From positions 1,760,001-1,824,000 of the forward strand of contig CAWIAD010000001.1 in NCBI GenBank assembly GCA_963833985.1: DNA of 64,000 nucleotides, read 5' to 3'. The position numbers were made by a program, and so were the translations under genes. Origin of the DNA: an uncultured Planctomycetaceae bacterium. GTDB lineage: Bacteria > Planctomycetota > Planctomycetia > Isosphaerales > Isosphaeraceae. This document shows positions 1-9,321 of this stretch, piece by piece (the first letter of the stretch is position 1; every line of letters begins with the position of its first letter). Below the pieces are notes generated by a model. The model saw nothing but the letters and a program-made list of their open reading frames with translations, ran no database searches and was not told where the DNA came from.

Positions 1-107
1 ACCGTACCCGCTGAGATTCTTTCGGTTTTCCAGGTTTTTTTGGGGCGAAAAACGACCCAGCCCTGATCCTGGGGTATCAGCTTCCTCTGGATACGGAGTC
101 CGAAGCC

Positions 108-699
108 ATGAACCAGCCGCGCGACCCCAACGAGACCGTTGCCGCAGATTCTGATGCCAATGCCGATTCCGGAGCCGGAGCCGGAGCCAGCCAGACCGGC
201 GCGGACGAGACAACAGATCCGTCCGTCGACCCCGGCCCCCTCGCGGCCGACTCGCTGGAGGTGGGACTGGCCGCCGCCTTCGGCATGAATTCGGGCCCGC
301 CCCGCGCCAATTTCGGCAGTATGCGGTGGTTGCTGCTGAAGGATGCCGAAGGCGAGAGCGGCCTTGCGGTCAGGCCGAACTCCGACGCCGTGCCGACGAA
401 GGAGGAAGCCGGCGACCGCTATCGCCTTGATGGCGAGATCGCCCGCGGGGGCATGGGGGCCGTGCTGCGCGGTCGCGATGTCGACCTCGGCCGCGACCTG
501 GCCAAGGTACTGGCCAAGGGGGGTGTCCATGATGAGGAACGCGCCAGCCAGGCGCATCAAAAGCCGCGAGAAACGGTCACCCACACGGCGCGGAGCACGG
601 GCTCTCACGGAACCTTTGGCACCGACACCGAGGCCGGGTCAGTCCTCGGCACGCCGACCTACATGCCGCCCGAGCAGGCCAGCGGAAAAGCGGAAATAA
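108..699 (+). pseudogene. Collapsed Ser/Thr protein kinase gene (two large internal deletions)
   Basis: Subdomain I-II RYRLDGEIARGGMGAVLRGRDVDLGRDLA joins directly to KVL...TEAGSVLGTPTYMPPEQA (activation loop/subdomain VIII), with HRD and DxG absent. It then jumps to gaaaagcggaaataa (EKRK*, stop at 699), which resembles the kinase-type 3' end at 7861-7875. Confidence 0.8.
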
Positions 700-1128
700 C
701 TACGGGGAGCCGTTACGCGGCGACAGGCCAGGTCGATCGACAAAGCTTTGGCAGGCAAAGCGTCATGAGCGCAGCGAGGAAGTTCACAGCATTGTTGGTA
801 TCGCCATTATCTCTTTCACATGTTTGCTGATGATAGAATGGGGAAGGTTCCTTTGCAAGAAAAGGAGAGCAATCATGGTATCCGACGAGACAAGAGCGGT
901 CATTGATCGTGCCAGGCGGCTCTACGCCGATCGGCTGCGGGCCGATCTGGAATCCCAGCACATGGGTCGGTTTGTTGCCAGCGAGCCAGAATCCGGCGAC
1001 TATTTCCTGGGGCAGACCTTCGATGAGGCCGTCATGTCTGCCAGGACCAAATGTCAGGCGACACTAAAACTGCCCCCCCTGACGACACTAAAACTGACCC
1101 CCTCCTATACACATGACGAGGAGGGGCT

Positions 1129-2469
1129 ATGGACAAGTTGGGATCCGATTTGGTCAACCTGCACAGTATGCAGGCGGACCAATCGGACGGAACGAGTGTC
1201 CACCTGCGGGCCACGCAGGAGGACAACAGGATGCTGGAACCGGAACTCGTGGATCGGATCCACGAACTGTCCGGCCAAGGTTTCGGGAGCAAACGGATTG
1301 CTCGTGAGTTGGGGATCTCCCGTAACTCGGTCCGCCGTTATCTCGCTGGAGCCACGGTCGGCTTTCAAGAACGTCCCGCGGCGCGTCGTCTCGACGACGG
1401 CACGCTTCGCGAAGTGCACGATCTCTACGGTACTCTTGCCGAGGGAAACGCCGTCGTCATTCAACAGGAGCTGGCCAGTCGGGGCATCCACGTCGAGTTG
1501 CGAACCTTGCAACGAGCCGTCGTTCCTCTGAGACAGGAACAGCGCGCTGAGGCTCTGGCCACAGTCCGGTTCGAGACCCCGCCGGGTCAACAAATGCAAA
1601 TCGATTTTGGTGAGAAGACCGTGCGGATCGCAGGTCAGCCCGTGAAGGTGCACTTGATGACCGCGGTCCTGGGGTACTCGCGCCGGATCTATTGCCGGGC
1701 ATTTCTCGCCGAACGGCAGGATGATTGGCTCGAGGGAATCGACGGGGCATTCCGACATTTTGGCGGTCTCACAGAACAGATCCTCTGTGACAACGCGTCA
1801 CCCTTGGTCGTCTCCCACGACCGCCAGTCCGGTGAGGTCGTGTGGAATCCAGGCTTCGAGGCCTTCTGCCGCGATCGTGGAGTTCTTGCCAAGGCGTGCC
1901 GTCCCCGCCGCGCGCGAACCAAAGGCAAGATCGAACGGGGCGTCGGCTACGTCAAGCATAATGCCCTGGCCGGTCGTTCATTCGTTTCCTTCGCTGAGCT
2001 GGAACGACACCTGGCAAGGTGGCAGGTTGACGTCGCCGACCAGCGGATTCATGGCACCACCAAGGAGCGTCCGGCTGTGCGCTTCGAGCGCGATGAACGA
2101 GAGGCTCTGGGGCCTCTGCCCACACGCCCTTTGCCGACGCGGACTCGTCGGTTGAAGCGTCGCGTGAGCACAGATTGCTTCGTTGATATCGATACAATTC
2201 GATATAGCGTGCCCTATCAGCATGTTCGAGAGACCGTCGAAGTGGTCGTCAAGGAGGAAGACGTCGAGATCTGGTTGCGTGGGACCTGCATCGCCAAACA
2301 CATGCGGAGCCGCGAGCCCCGCGCCTGGGTTCGCAATCCGATGCACTTCGAGGGACTGTTCCGCCGCATGAGCGGAGCACAGGCTTTGCCTCCTCCCACG
2401 CCGAGCGATAACTCCGGAACCCGCCCGTTGTCAATCTATGCCGAACTGGTGGAAGGAGGCCGCCTGTGA
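1129..2469 (+). CDS. istA: IS21 transposase IstA (start may be ATG 1231)
   Basis: N-terminal HTH (SKRIARELGISRNSVRRYL), RFETPPGQQMQIDF, DN, KGKIERGVGYVK DDE motifs. Confidence 0.95.
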   Translation: MDKLGSDLVNLHSMQADQSDGTSVHLRATQEDNRMLEPELVDRIHELSGQGFGSKRIARELGISRNSVRRYLAGATVGFQERPAARRLDDGTLREVHDLYGTLAEGNAVVIQQELASRGIHVELRTLQRAVVPLRQEQRAEALATVRFETPPGQQMQIDFGEKTVRIAGQPVKVHLMTAVLGYSRRIYCRAFLAERQDDWLEGIDGAFRHFGGLTEQILCDNASPLVVSHDRQSGEVVWNPGFEAFCRDRGVLAKACRPRRARTKGKIERGVGYVKHNALAGRSFVSFAELERHLARWQVDVADQRIHGTTKERPAVRFERDEREALGPLPTRPLPTRTRRLKRRVSTDCFVDIDTIRYSVPYQHVRETVEVVVKEEDVEIWLRGTCIAKHMRSREPRAWVRNPMHFEGLFRRMSGAQALPPPTPSDNSGTRPLSIYAELVEGGRL

Positions 2470-3332
2470 ACCTCCTTGTTGACCCTGATGACCCGCAAGA
2501 GGAGCGGATCCTCGCGGCGCTGAAGCGGCTTCAGTTGACTCACCTGCGTGAGTCTCTCCCCGCAGTTCTGTCCGAGGCGGCCAAGGGGAGCTGGACCTAC
2601 CTGGAGTTCCTCGATCAGATCCTGCGGCGCGAGATGGACGCCAAGCAGGGCAAGCGGATCCGGATGGGGATGCAGATCGCCCACTTCCCCTGTGTCCGGA
2701 CCATCGAGGCGTTTGATTTCGCGTTCCAACCGTCCGTCGACGAGCGGTTGATCCGGGAGCTGTCGACCGGCAATTTCATCGCTCATGGTGAGAACGTGTT
2801 GATATTCGGACCTCCTGGAGTAGGAAAGTCTCATCTGGCCATCGGCCTCGGCCGAAAAATCGTGGAGCAGGGTCACACGGTTCGATTCACGACAGCCACA
2901 GCGCTTTTAGCGGCCTTGGCGAAAGCCGAGACGGAAGGAGGGCTCTCTGAGAAATTGACCGAGTTCTGCAAGCCTCGCTTGTTGATCATCGACGAACTGG
3001 GCTACCTGCCCTTCGAGCGTCGGGCAGCGCACCTGTTCTTCCAGTTGGTCAACCGCCGATACGAGAAAGGGAGCCTGCTGGTCACGACGAACCAGCGGGT
3101 TTCCGAATGGGGAATCGTCTTCGGAGACGAAGTGCTGGCGACGGCCATCTTGGATCGGTTACTCCATCACAGCCACACACTTTTGATCACGGGAGAAAGC
3201 TATCGTCTGCGGGAGAAGCGTAAGAGCGGGTTGATCCGATCGCGGTTGGCGAACGCCGACCCGGAGAAGCCCCACCTGGGGCCGGAGGTGACGATCGAAA
3301 AGGGACACGAGAAGGCCAGCAAGAACCGATAA
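2466..3332 (+). CDS. istB: IS21 helper AAA+ ATPase IstB
   Basis: Walker A GPPGVGKS, Walker B LLIIDELGY, AILDRLLHH, GESYR; overlaps the istA stop. Confidence 0.96.
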   Translation: MNLLVDPDDPQEERILAALKRLQLTHLRESLPAVLSEAAKGSWTYLEFLDQILRREMDAKQGKRIRMGMQIAHFPCVRTIEAFDFAFQPSVDERLIRELSTGNFIAHGENVLIFGPPGVGKSHLAIGLGRKIVEQGHTVRFTTATALLAALAKAETEGGLSEKLTEFCKPRLLIIDELGYLPFERRAAHLFFQLVNRRYEKGSLLVTTNQRVSEWGIVFGDEVLATAILDRLLHHSHTLLITGESYRLREKRKSGLIRSRLANADPEKPHLGPEVTIEKGHEKASKNR

Positions 3333-3682
3333 CAAGGGAGCATGCTGGGAGTGGGGATCAGTACACGTCCGAGGGGGTCAGAATTAGTGTCGCCTGACAC
3401 CAAATACTCATCGCGTCTATCGTACACGCTCAGGATCGGACAGCGGGCCGCCTTCTCGATGGGAGGGCTGCAACGGTGAAGGGATTCGTAGACGACCAGT
3501 TGCGTGCCTTGCTTCGCGTTCCGGTGTCCGCGTCGCGCGACGGGACTCGTAGGGATCTCGTCGCGTGGATCGACACGGCATTCAATGGCGGATTAGCCGT
3601 ACCGCGAAAACAGATCGCCGAGCCAGGATTCGTGCAGGAGTCGTCCGCTGAGGCAGTTTTGGCAGACGGGCAATATGTTGAG

Positions 3683-4783
3683 CTAGTGTCCTGAGTTAGA
3701 AGTTCGCTCACAAACACTCGTCACTCGATCTAAGATCATATCAGCATCTGCCGTCCATACGAAAGGCTTGGGATTTACGTTGTGTTTTGCCAGGAATTCA
3801 TGGATCGCCTGTTCCAACGCCGCCACGCTCCGGAATACTCCACGGCGAATTCGCTTCTCGGTAATCTCCGCGAAGAATCGTTCAACCTGGTTCAGCCAAG
3901 AGCCGCTGGTGGGAGTGAAATGCAGATGATACTCGGGATGGCGAGCGAACCACCGCTTCACGGCTGGAGCTTTGTGTGTGCCGTAGTTGTCCATGACGAG
4001 GTGAATCTCGACGCCTGGTGCTTTGGCGATCTGGCTATCGATCTCGTTGAGGAATTTGAGGAATTCTTGTTGTCGATGGCGACGGTAGCATTTGCCAATC
4101 ACACGACCTGTCGCGACGTCCAAGGCGGCGAACAGCGAAGTCGTCCCATTGCGTACATAATCCGGAGTTCGCCTCTCCGCCTGGCCAGGCCCCATGGGAA
4201 GCAACGGCTGGGTACGGTCCAACGCTTGCACCTGGCTCTTCTCGTCGATGCTCAAGACGATAGCGCGCTCCGGCGGGCTCATATACAACCCGACGATGTC
4301 GCGGACCTTCTCGATGAAAAAGGGGTCCGTGGAAAGCTTGAACGTCTCGCTGCGGTGAGGCTTCAACTCGAACGCTCGCCAGATACGCGAGATCGCTGTC
4401 TGAGACAAGCCGACGGCTTCCGCCATGCCCCGAGTGCTCCAATGCGTGGCGGCCTTGGGTTTCTCCTCCAGAGTCTTGGTCACAACGGCCTCGACCATTG
4501 CGTCCGTGATTTTGCAGGGCGCCCCCGGCCTTGGCTCGTCGGACAGGCCGTCGAGACGATCGAGGAGGAAACGTTTCCGCCATTTCCCGACCGTCACGAC
4601 ATTCACCCGGAGCTGTGCGGCGACTTCCTGATTATCGAAACCTTGAGCGCAAGCCAAGATGATCCGCGAACGGAGGGCGAGACGCTGGCTGGTCTTGGGC
4701 CGGCGCGACCACGCTTCGAGTTTCTGGCGCTCGACATCATTCAAAGTGAGAGTAGCCTTGGGGCGACCACCTTTATTCATCAT
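3683..4783 (-). CDS. IS630 transposase
   Basis: HTH region, [31 protein letters not shown] motifs; RBS AAAGGAG upstream; the TAG stop uses the target-site bases. Confidence 0.95.
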   Translation of the reverse strand: MMNKGGRPKATLTLNDVERQKLEAWSRRPKTSQRLALRSRIILACAQGFDNQEVAAQLRVNVVTVGKWRKRFLLDRLDGLSDEPRPGAPCKITDAMVEAVVTKTLEEKPKAATHWSTRGMAEAVGLSQTAISRIWRAFELKPHRSETFKLSTDPFFIEKVRDIVGLYMSPPERAIVLSIDEKSQVQALDRTQPLLPMGPGQAERRTPDYVRNGTTSLFAALDVATGRVIGKCYRRHRQQEFLKFLNEIDSQIAKAPGVEIHLVMDNYGTHKAPAVKRWFARHPEYHLHFTPTSGSWLNQVERFFAEITEKRIRRGVFRSVAALEQAIHEFLAKHNVNPKPFVWTADADMILDRVTSVCERTSNSGH

Positions 4784-4859
4784 AAATCTCCTTTGAGAGA
4801 TTATATGATGATATAAATGATAAGTCAAGGTTATTTGGCGAAATTGTAACTCAGGACAC
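3686..4859 (-). mobile_element. IS630-family insertion sequence
   Basis: IRs GTGTCCTGAGTTAGAAGTTCGC / GCGAAATTGTAACTCAGGACAC flanked by duplicated TA (3684-3685, 4860-4861). Confidence 0.95.
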
Positions 4860-4862
4860 TAG

Positions 4863-6372
4863 TTCTACTGTATCCTGGGGTTGACGAACTGTAAGGTTTT
4901 TTCTGATATTCGCTTCCGTCAAGGATGTTACAAGGAAGCGAGGGCGTCATGGATCGACGATACGAAGCACGGTTGGCTGACATGCTGGCACAATCGCAGG
5001 TGTCGCCTGACTTGATCGATGGTCTGCTGGAACGGTTGGACGTCTTCATCGAGCCGTTCGCTGCGACCCTGAGCGAACCTGAACAACATCGACATGCAAC
5101 CGAGTACGTTACCGGTCTGCTGTCGAAGCTTGAGCACAAGACCGGCGAGGGAATCGCTTATCTCCACGATCAAGAACGACAAGGAATCCAAAAGTTCATC
5201 GGGCACGTGCCATGGGATCATCAACCCCTGCTCACGATCCTGGCGCAGCAGGTCGGCGAGCAACTGGGCGAGAAGGATGGGGTGATTATCTTCGACCCTT
5301 CGGGCTTCCCCAAGAAAGGGACTATGTCGGTGGGCGTCGCGCGGCAGTGGTGCGGCCGGCTGGGGAAGGTTGAGAACTGTCAGGTTGGCGTCTACATGGC
5401 TTATGCGTCTAGAAAAGAGCATACGATTACCAATGTAAGGCTTTACTTGCCCAAGGAATGGGCCAAGGATCGCGACCGCCGGAACAAGGCTGGCGTCCCC
5501 AAGTCCATCAAGTTCCAGACGCGCCATCAATTGGCCCTGGCGATGCTGGATGAGCAAGGTGGGTTGCTGCCACACGCGTGGGTGGCGGGGGACGATGAAA
5601 TGGGCCGTCCCGCGAGTTTTCGCCAGGCGTTGAGGGAGCGGGGGGAGCAGTATCTGTTGGCGGTTCCGTCGAACACGACGATCCGCGATCTGGAGGCACC
5701 GCCACCGGAATATGGGGGGCGGGGTCAACCCCCCAAGGCTCCTTTCATGCGTGTGGATCATTGGCGTGCGGCCCTGCCGGAATCGGCGTGGACGAGGCTC
5801 GACGTCCGTGATGGCGAGAAGGGACCTTTGGTGGTCGACGCGATCAAGCGGCGCGTCCAATCTCGAGGACCGGGCAATCGTGCAGGTTTCGAGGAGGTCC
5901 TCTTCATCACGCGTGAGCAACAGGCCGATGGAACTGTTAAACATGATTATTATTTATCAAATAGTAAAGCCGAAACTCCGTTGATCGAATTTGGCCGGGT
6001 GGCCAAACTGGCGCATCGGATCGAGGAGTGCCTGGAGCGGGGCAAAGGGGAGGCGGGCCTGGCCGATTACCAGGTGCGGAACTGGATCGCCTGGCATCAC
6101 CATCAAACCTTGTCGCTCGTGGCCGCGTGGTTCCTGAATCAGGAGACGCGGCGGGGAAAAAATACAGACACCGGCATTGACGTCACCGCGGTTGCGGCAA
6201 CTGATCGCAGGGATCATCGAGGAACGTCTCAACGTCAACAGCCCCGAGAAGCTCTCCCGGTGCACCACACGTTGGTTGGAACGCAACGAGCTCGCCCGAT
6301 TCTTCCAGCATTACTCACGCAAACTCTTACCCCCTTTGAAGAACCAACTACGAACGTAGAGATACAGTAGAA
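4863..6372 (+). mobile_element. IS701-family insertion sequence
   Basis: IRs TTCTACTGTATC / GATACAGTAGAA flanked by CTAG (4859-4862, 6373-6376). Confidence 0.93.
4949..6370 (+). CDS. IS701 transposase (C-terminus may be reached by a frameshift at GGGGAAAAAA 6153-6162)
   Basis: FDPSGFPKKGTMSVGVARQWCGRLGKVENCQ, IEECLERGKGEAGLADYQVR, WHHH motifs; alternative +1-frame tail TPALTSPRLRQL ending at 6359. Confidence 0.92.
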   Translation: MDRRYEARLADMLAQSQVSPDLIDGLLERLDVFIEPFAATLSEPEQHRHATEYVTGLLSKLEHKTGEGIAYLHDQERQGIQKFIGHVPWDHQPLLTILAQQVGEQLGEKDGVIIFDPSGFPKKGTMSVGVARQWCGRLGKVENCQVGVYMAYASRKEHTITNVRLYLPKEWAKDRDRRNKAGVPKSIKFQTRHQLALAMLDEQGGLLPHAWVAGDDEMGRPASFRQALRERGEQYLLAVPSNTTIRDLEAPPPEYGGRGQPPKAPFMRVDHWRAALPESAWTRLDVRDGEKGPLVVDAIKRRVQSRGPGNRAGFEEVLFITREQQADGTVKHDYYLSNSKAETPLIEFGRVAKLAHRIEECLERGKGEAGLADYQVRNWIAWHHHQTLSLVAAWFLNQETRRGKNTDTGIDVTAVAATDRRDHRGTSQRQQPREALPVHHTLVGTQRARPILPALLTQTLTPFEEPTTNVEIQ

Positions 6373-6789
6373 CTAGAGACGTTTGGGTGTTTCTTCGATT
6401 GGTTCAGCAGTTCCTACGGGACGCAAGTCGTTGCCAGCGATGGGGAGTATCCACTGCCGGGAACGATGCTACTGGAGCGCCACCGCCTGGACATCGACTA
6501 CGAAGCGAAAACGGTTGAACTTACGTAGATATGCGGTACGAATATGGACGTAGTTTACCTTGCACTTTGCGGAATCGCGCTTCTCTCTGCGCCCCGCCAT
6601 AGGGCCGCCAAGCCGAAGCCTGATCCGAAAACGCGCACTCCATCCCCCTGGATGCGGAGTCCAGACCATGTGCAGTTCGACCCGCTCAGGAGCGTTCGGA
6701 AGGGAAAATAGGACACAGAAGGGAAAATTGGACATCGTTGATTCTTGATTCAGTGACGACCCCTTTTCCTTTTGCCAGCAAACCGCGCA

Positions 6790-6990
6790 TGACCGCCGAG
6801 GACGAGCGGGTGGTCACGCTCTACGAATGGTGGAGCAAATCCGATAAGGCGACGAAGTGGCGGGCCAGGCTGGCAAAGTCCTTTGACGAGTCCATGCTGA
6901 ACCCTGAGACCGCGGGGCTGCCCCAAGCTTGAGCAGAAGGCGTGTCAGGTGCTCCGGGCGGAGGTCGACGCGCTACTGGGCAAGCCGTCG
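6790..6990 (+). pseudogene. Fused remnants of kinase/TPR-protein C-termini
   Basis: ERVVTLYEWWSKSDKATKWRARL, then after a frameshift EQKACQVLRAEVDALLGKP (from 6931), matching the remnants at 7750 and 8901. Confidence 0.6.
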
Positions 6991-7079
6991 ATGAAGTCAG
7001 CCGGGTCAGCCTTCTCGGCAGTGCTGGATGGCCGTAGAATGGGCATTGTGCCGCAGTCCAAGCGTGGGGAGGATCCGCG

Positions 7080-7343
7080 ATGACCCGATCCCTGGAATTG
7101 CCCGAGGGTATCTACGATGCGGTGATCGCCGTGTGCCGCGCTCAGGGGGTCGAACCCGCTGAGTGGGTCGCTTCGCACTTGCCCCCTCCATCCCGGAGGC
7201 ACGGCTCCGAGGCTGAGCGGAAGGCGGCCCGGGAACTTCTGTCGGCCCGCACCTTCAGCCTCGGCTGCCCCGCGGGAACAGACAACGAGCAGATCGACGC
7301 GGATCTCGCCCGTGAATACGCGGATACCCACGAGCCGTCCTGA
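7080..7343 (+). CDS. Putative VapB-type antitoxin
   Basis: 87 aa, RHH-like N-terminus (SLELPEGIYDAV), acidic tail DNEQIDADLAREY; TGATG overlap with the PIN gene; GGAGG RBS. Confidence 0.7.
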   Translation: MTRSLELPEGIYDAVIAVCRAQGVEPAEWVASHLPPPSRRHGSEAERKAARELLSARTFSLGCPAGTDNEQIDADLAREYADTHEPS

Positions 7344-7741
7344 TGTTCCTCGACACATCAGGACTCTTCCGCCTGTTCCATCGCGCGGAGAACGGCCATG
7401 CCGAGGCCACCGAACTGTTCGATTCGGCCGACTGGGCGCTGACCCATAGTTACGTGCTGGCGGAGTTCGTGGCAATCGCCACCGCCCGAGGCGTACCACG
7501 CCGCGAGACGCTGGCGGCCATCGACGCCTTGCTGGCCATCGCGTACATCGAAGTCGTCTGGGTCGACGAAGCTCTGCATCGTCGGGCGATGGCCTTCCTT
7601 CATCAAAGGATCGACAAGACGTATTCGCTCGCCGACGCCGTCAGCTTTCTGCTCATGGAAGAGCGAGGAGTTCGCGAGGCATTGACGACCGACCACCACT
7701 TCAAGCAAGCCGGGTTCGTGCGGCTGCTGCGTCCCTCGTAA
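7343..7741 (+). CDS. vapC: VapC-family PIN-domain toxin
   Basis: FLDTS, VLAEF, YSLADAVS, LTTDHHF(K)QAGF: all four acidic PIN residues are present. Confidence 0.9.
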   Translation: MFLDTSGLFRLFHRAENGHAEATELFDSADWALTHSYVLAEFVAIATARGVPRRETLAAIDALLAIAYIEVVWVDEALHRRAMAFLHQRIDKTYSLADAVSFLLMEERGVREALTTDHHFKQAGFVRLLRPS

Positions 7742-7749
7742 CGAAGTGA

Positions 7750-7875
7750 GACCTTGCCGGCATCCGCGACGCGGCCGCCCTGGCCAGGCCCCCGGCTGAC
7801 GAGCAGAAGAGGTTCACCCAACTCTGGTCCGACGTGGCGGAGTCGCTCAAGCAGGCGGAGGAGAAGTCGAAATAA
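7750..7875 (+). pseudogene. Orphan kinase/TPR-protein C-terminal remnant
   Basis: No start codon; DLAGIRDAAALARPPADEQKRFTQLWSDVAESLKQAEEKSK*. Confidence 0.7.
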
Positions 7876-7945
7876 CCACGAGCGGCCGTCGAGCAGGGAT
7901 GCGCTGGCCGGGGTTGTTCTCTACTGCGGTCAGGGCGGTTTTCCC

Positions 7946-8374
7946 TCAATCCTCGGGAGGGTGCCAGCCAACGATGGCCCACAGTCGACAGGCCGTGACC
8001 AGCGAGGCTCGGTTCAAGTGAAGTGCCAGCACGGTCGCTCGCCCCGTCGGCGTGAGGCCGAGGATGCGGTCGGCTTCCGGAGACCATCGGAAATGCTCGG
8101 TCCAGATCTGGTGACGAGGATCAAAGAGACGAACCACGCTCTCCGTCTCCGGATCGAACGCCGCGATCCGGTCGCTCTTGTGATCGTTGCACAGCGAGCA
8201 GGCCAGCCAAAGGTTGTCTTCCTCAGTGAGTCCGCCATCTGCTTCGGGAAGCAGACGATCCACTTCCATCGGAGTACCGACGACCATCTCCGACGTGAGA
8301 CAGTAGCCGCGACGGTAGCGCGCCTGTGCCGCCACTCGCTCACGTAGCGCCTTCGGGACGTAGGTCCGACTCAT
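7946..8374 (-). CDS. HNH endonuclease, probably inactivated
   Basis: NLWLACSLCNDHK, LFDPRHQIWTEHF, GLTPTGRAT. The first CxxC reads RGYC and the usual DH reads DR. Confidence 0.8.
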   Translation of the reverse strand: MSRTYVPKALRERVAAQARYRRGYCLTSEMVVGTPMEVDRLLPEADGGLTEEDNLWLACSLCNDHKSDRIAAFDPETESVVRLFDPRHQIWTEHFRWSPEADRILGLTPTGRATVLALHLNRASLVTACRLWAIVGWHPPED

Positions 8375-8784
8375 TGCTCGCCGAGCAGTGCCGAGACATC
8401 ATGTCCGCGCTGCTTGAGCAGGGCCGCCGCCTGCGCGCGGACCAGCATGAACCGTTCATACTGGCGAACGAGGGGTGGTAGCTCACGGGCTTCCTCGGCA
8501 TCCAGCCCTTCACGCTGGCGTTTCCGGTGCAATTCCTCGAGCCGATTCGCATCCTCGGGTGCCAGGTGAGCCCGCGCGGCTTGCCGCAAACTCCCGTCCT
8601 CCAGCACGGACAATTGCGACATGGCGTCCGCGAGGTCTTCCGGGATCTCGTCCGCCACGCGTACGAGAGTCACCAGGAGATCGATCGTCTCGTCCTCGAC
8701 CGTCCGGTTGCTACGCTCGGCGCGGTCTCTCGGGCGGTCATAAAGGGGCCCCGGCACTTTCAGGGTCAACGTTCGCATCGCCAT
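8371..8784 (-). CDS. Antitoxin-like partner of the HNH gene
   Basis: RHH-like start (TLTLKVPGPLY), tail LVRAQAAALLKQRGHD; 4-bp overlap with the HNH start; GGAGGAG RBS. Confidence 0.7.
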   Translation of the reverse strand: MAMRTLTLKVPGPLYDRPRDRAERSNRTVEDETIDLLVTLVRVADEIPEDLADAMSQLSVLEDGSLRQAARAHLAPEDANRLEELHRKRQREGLDAEEARELPPLVRQYERFMLVRAQAAALLKQRGHDVSALLGEQ

Positions 8785-8900
8785 CTCTCCTCCACCCCAT
8801 GAATCTAGCATGCCGAGGGGGCTTTGAACACGCCGGCGTGCCGCCGACCATGCGCCTCGTTCTTCTGGACAAACCTTACCTGGCCTTCCCGCTGAACACA

Positions 8901-8999
8901 GCCGCCGCCCTGGCCAAGCTCCCCGGGGTCGAACGGAAGGAGCGGCAGACGCTCTGGGCGGAGGTCGATGCGCTTCTCCAGAGATCTGCCAAACCGTAA
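8901..8999 (+). pseudogene. Orphan kinase/TPR-protein C-terminal remnant
   Basis: AAALAKLPGVERKERQTLWAEVDALLQRSAKP*; DNA gccgccctggcca is shared with 7775-7787. Confidence 0.7.
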
Positions 9000-9066
9000 T
9001 AACCGATGGTCAGGAGACCGCCCGGGGAGTGGGCCGTCCCCGCGAGATCGAAAGCGAGGTCGGAAC

Positions 9067-9321
9067 ATGGCAACTGTGAAGAAGGAAATCCAAGGTCGCA
9101 TCCAGGGGCGAACGGTGAAGCTGGAGGAAGATCCGGGGCTGCCGGATAGCTCTTCGGTCCGCGTGATCCCGGAGTCCCGCCCTCCGTCGGACGAGGCGGG
9201 CCGCGCCGCCCTTCTCCGCGCCGCAGGGGCCTGGGCCGGGGATGACGAGGACGGGCTCGAGCAATACCTCGAATGGAACCGGCAACAACGCAAAGCCAAC
9301 CGGCCCGAGATCGAAGAGTGA
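9067..9321 (+). CDS. Putative antitoxin (DUF104/AbrB-like beta-strand N-terminus)
   Basis: MATVKKEIQGRIQGRTVKLEEDPGLPDSSSVRV...AAGAW; GTGA overlap with the PIN remnant. Confidence 0.65.
   Translation: MATVKKEIQGRIQGRTVKLEEDPGLPDSSSVRVIPESRPPSDEAGRAALLRAAGAWAGDDEDGLEQYLEWNRQQRKANRPEIEE

Larger units (their letters stand above)
1052..3399 (+). mobile_element. IS21-family insertion sequence, 2348 bp
   Basis: Terminal IRs TGTCAGGCGACACTAAAACTG.../...CAGAATTAGTGTCGCCTGACA, an internal repeat GACACTAAAACTG at the left end, 5-bp TSD CCAAA (1047-1051, 3400-3404), and istA-istB inside. Confidence 0.97.
875..3479 (+). pseudogene. Small DUF5678-like protein (83 aa reconstituted) interrupted by IS21
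   Basis: 875-1051 plus 3405-3479 read in frame once the IS and one CCAAA are removed: MVSDETRAVID...GDYFLGQTFDEAVMSARTK|YSSRLSYTLRIGQRAAFSMGGLQR*. The stop overlaps the GTG of the protease gene. The family name is from recall. Confidence 0.75.
3476..6528 (+). pseudogene. Clan AA (retropepsin-like, AF_0612-type) aspartic protease, 120 aa reconstituted, interrupted by IS630 + IS701
   Basis: 3476-3685 (WIDTAFNG; AVLADG) joins in frame to 6376-6528 (ETFGCFFDWF...YPLPGTMLLERHRLDIDYEAKTVELT*) at one CTAG. Confidence 0.85.

Noticed and set aside
6530..6790. PDHVQ / LHMVWTP fragments and the GGAAAATxGGACA tandem motif as an IS200/RAYT remnant
   Set aside because: The matches are too short, lie on opposite strands and show no continuous homology.
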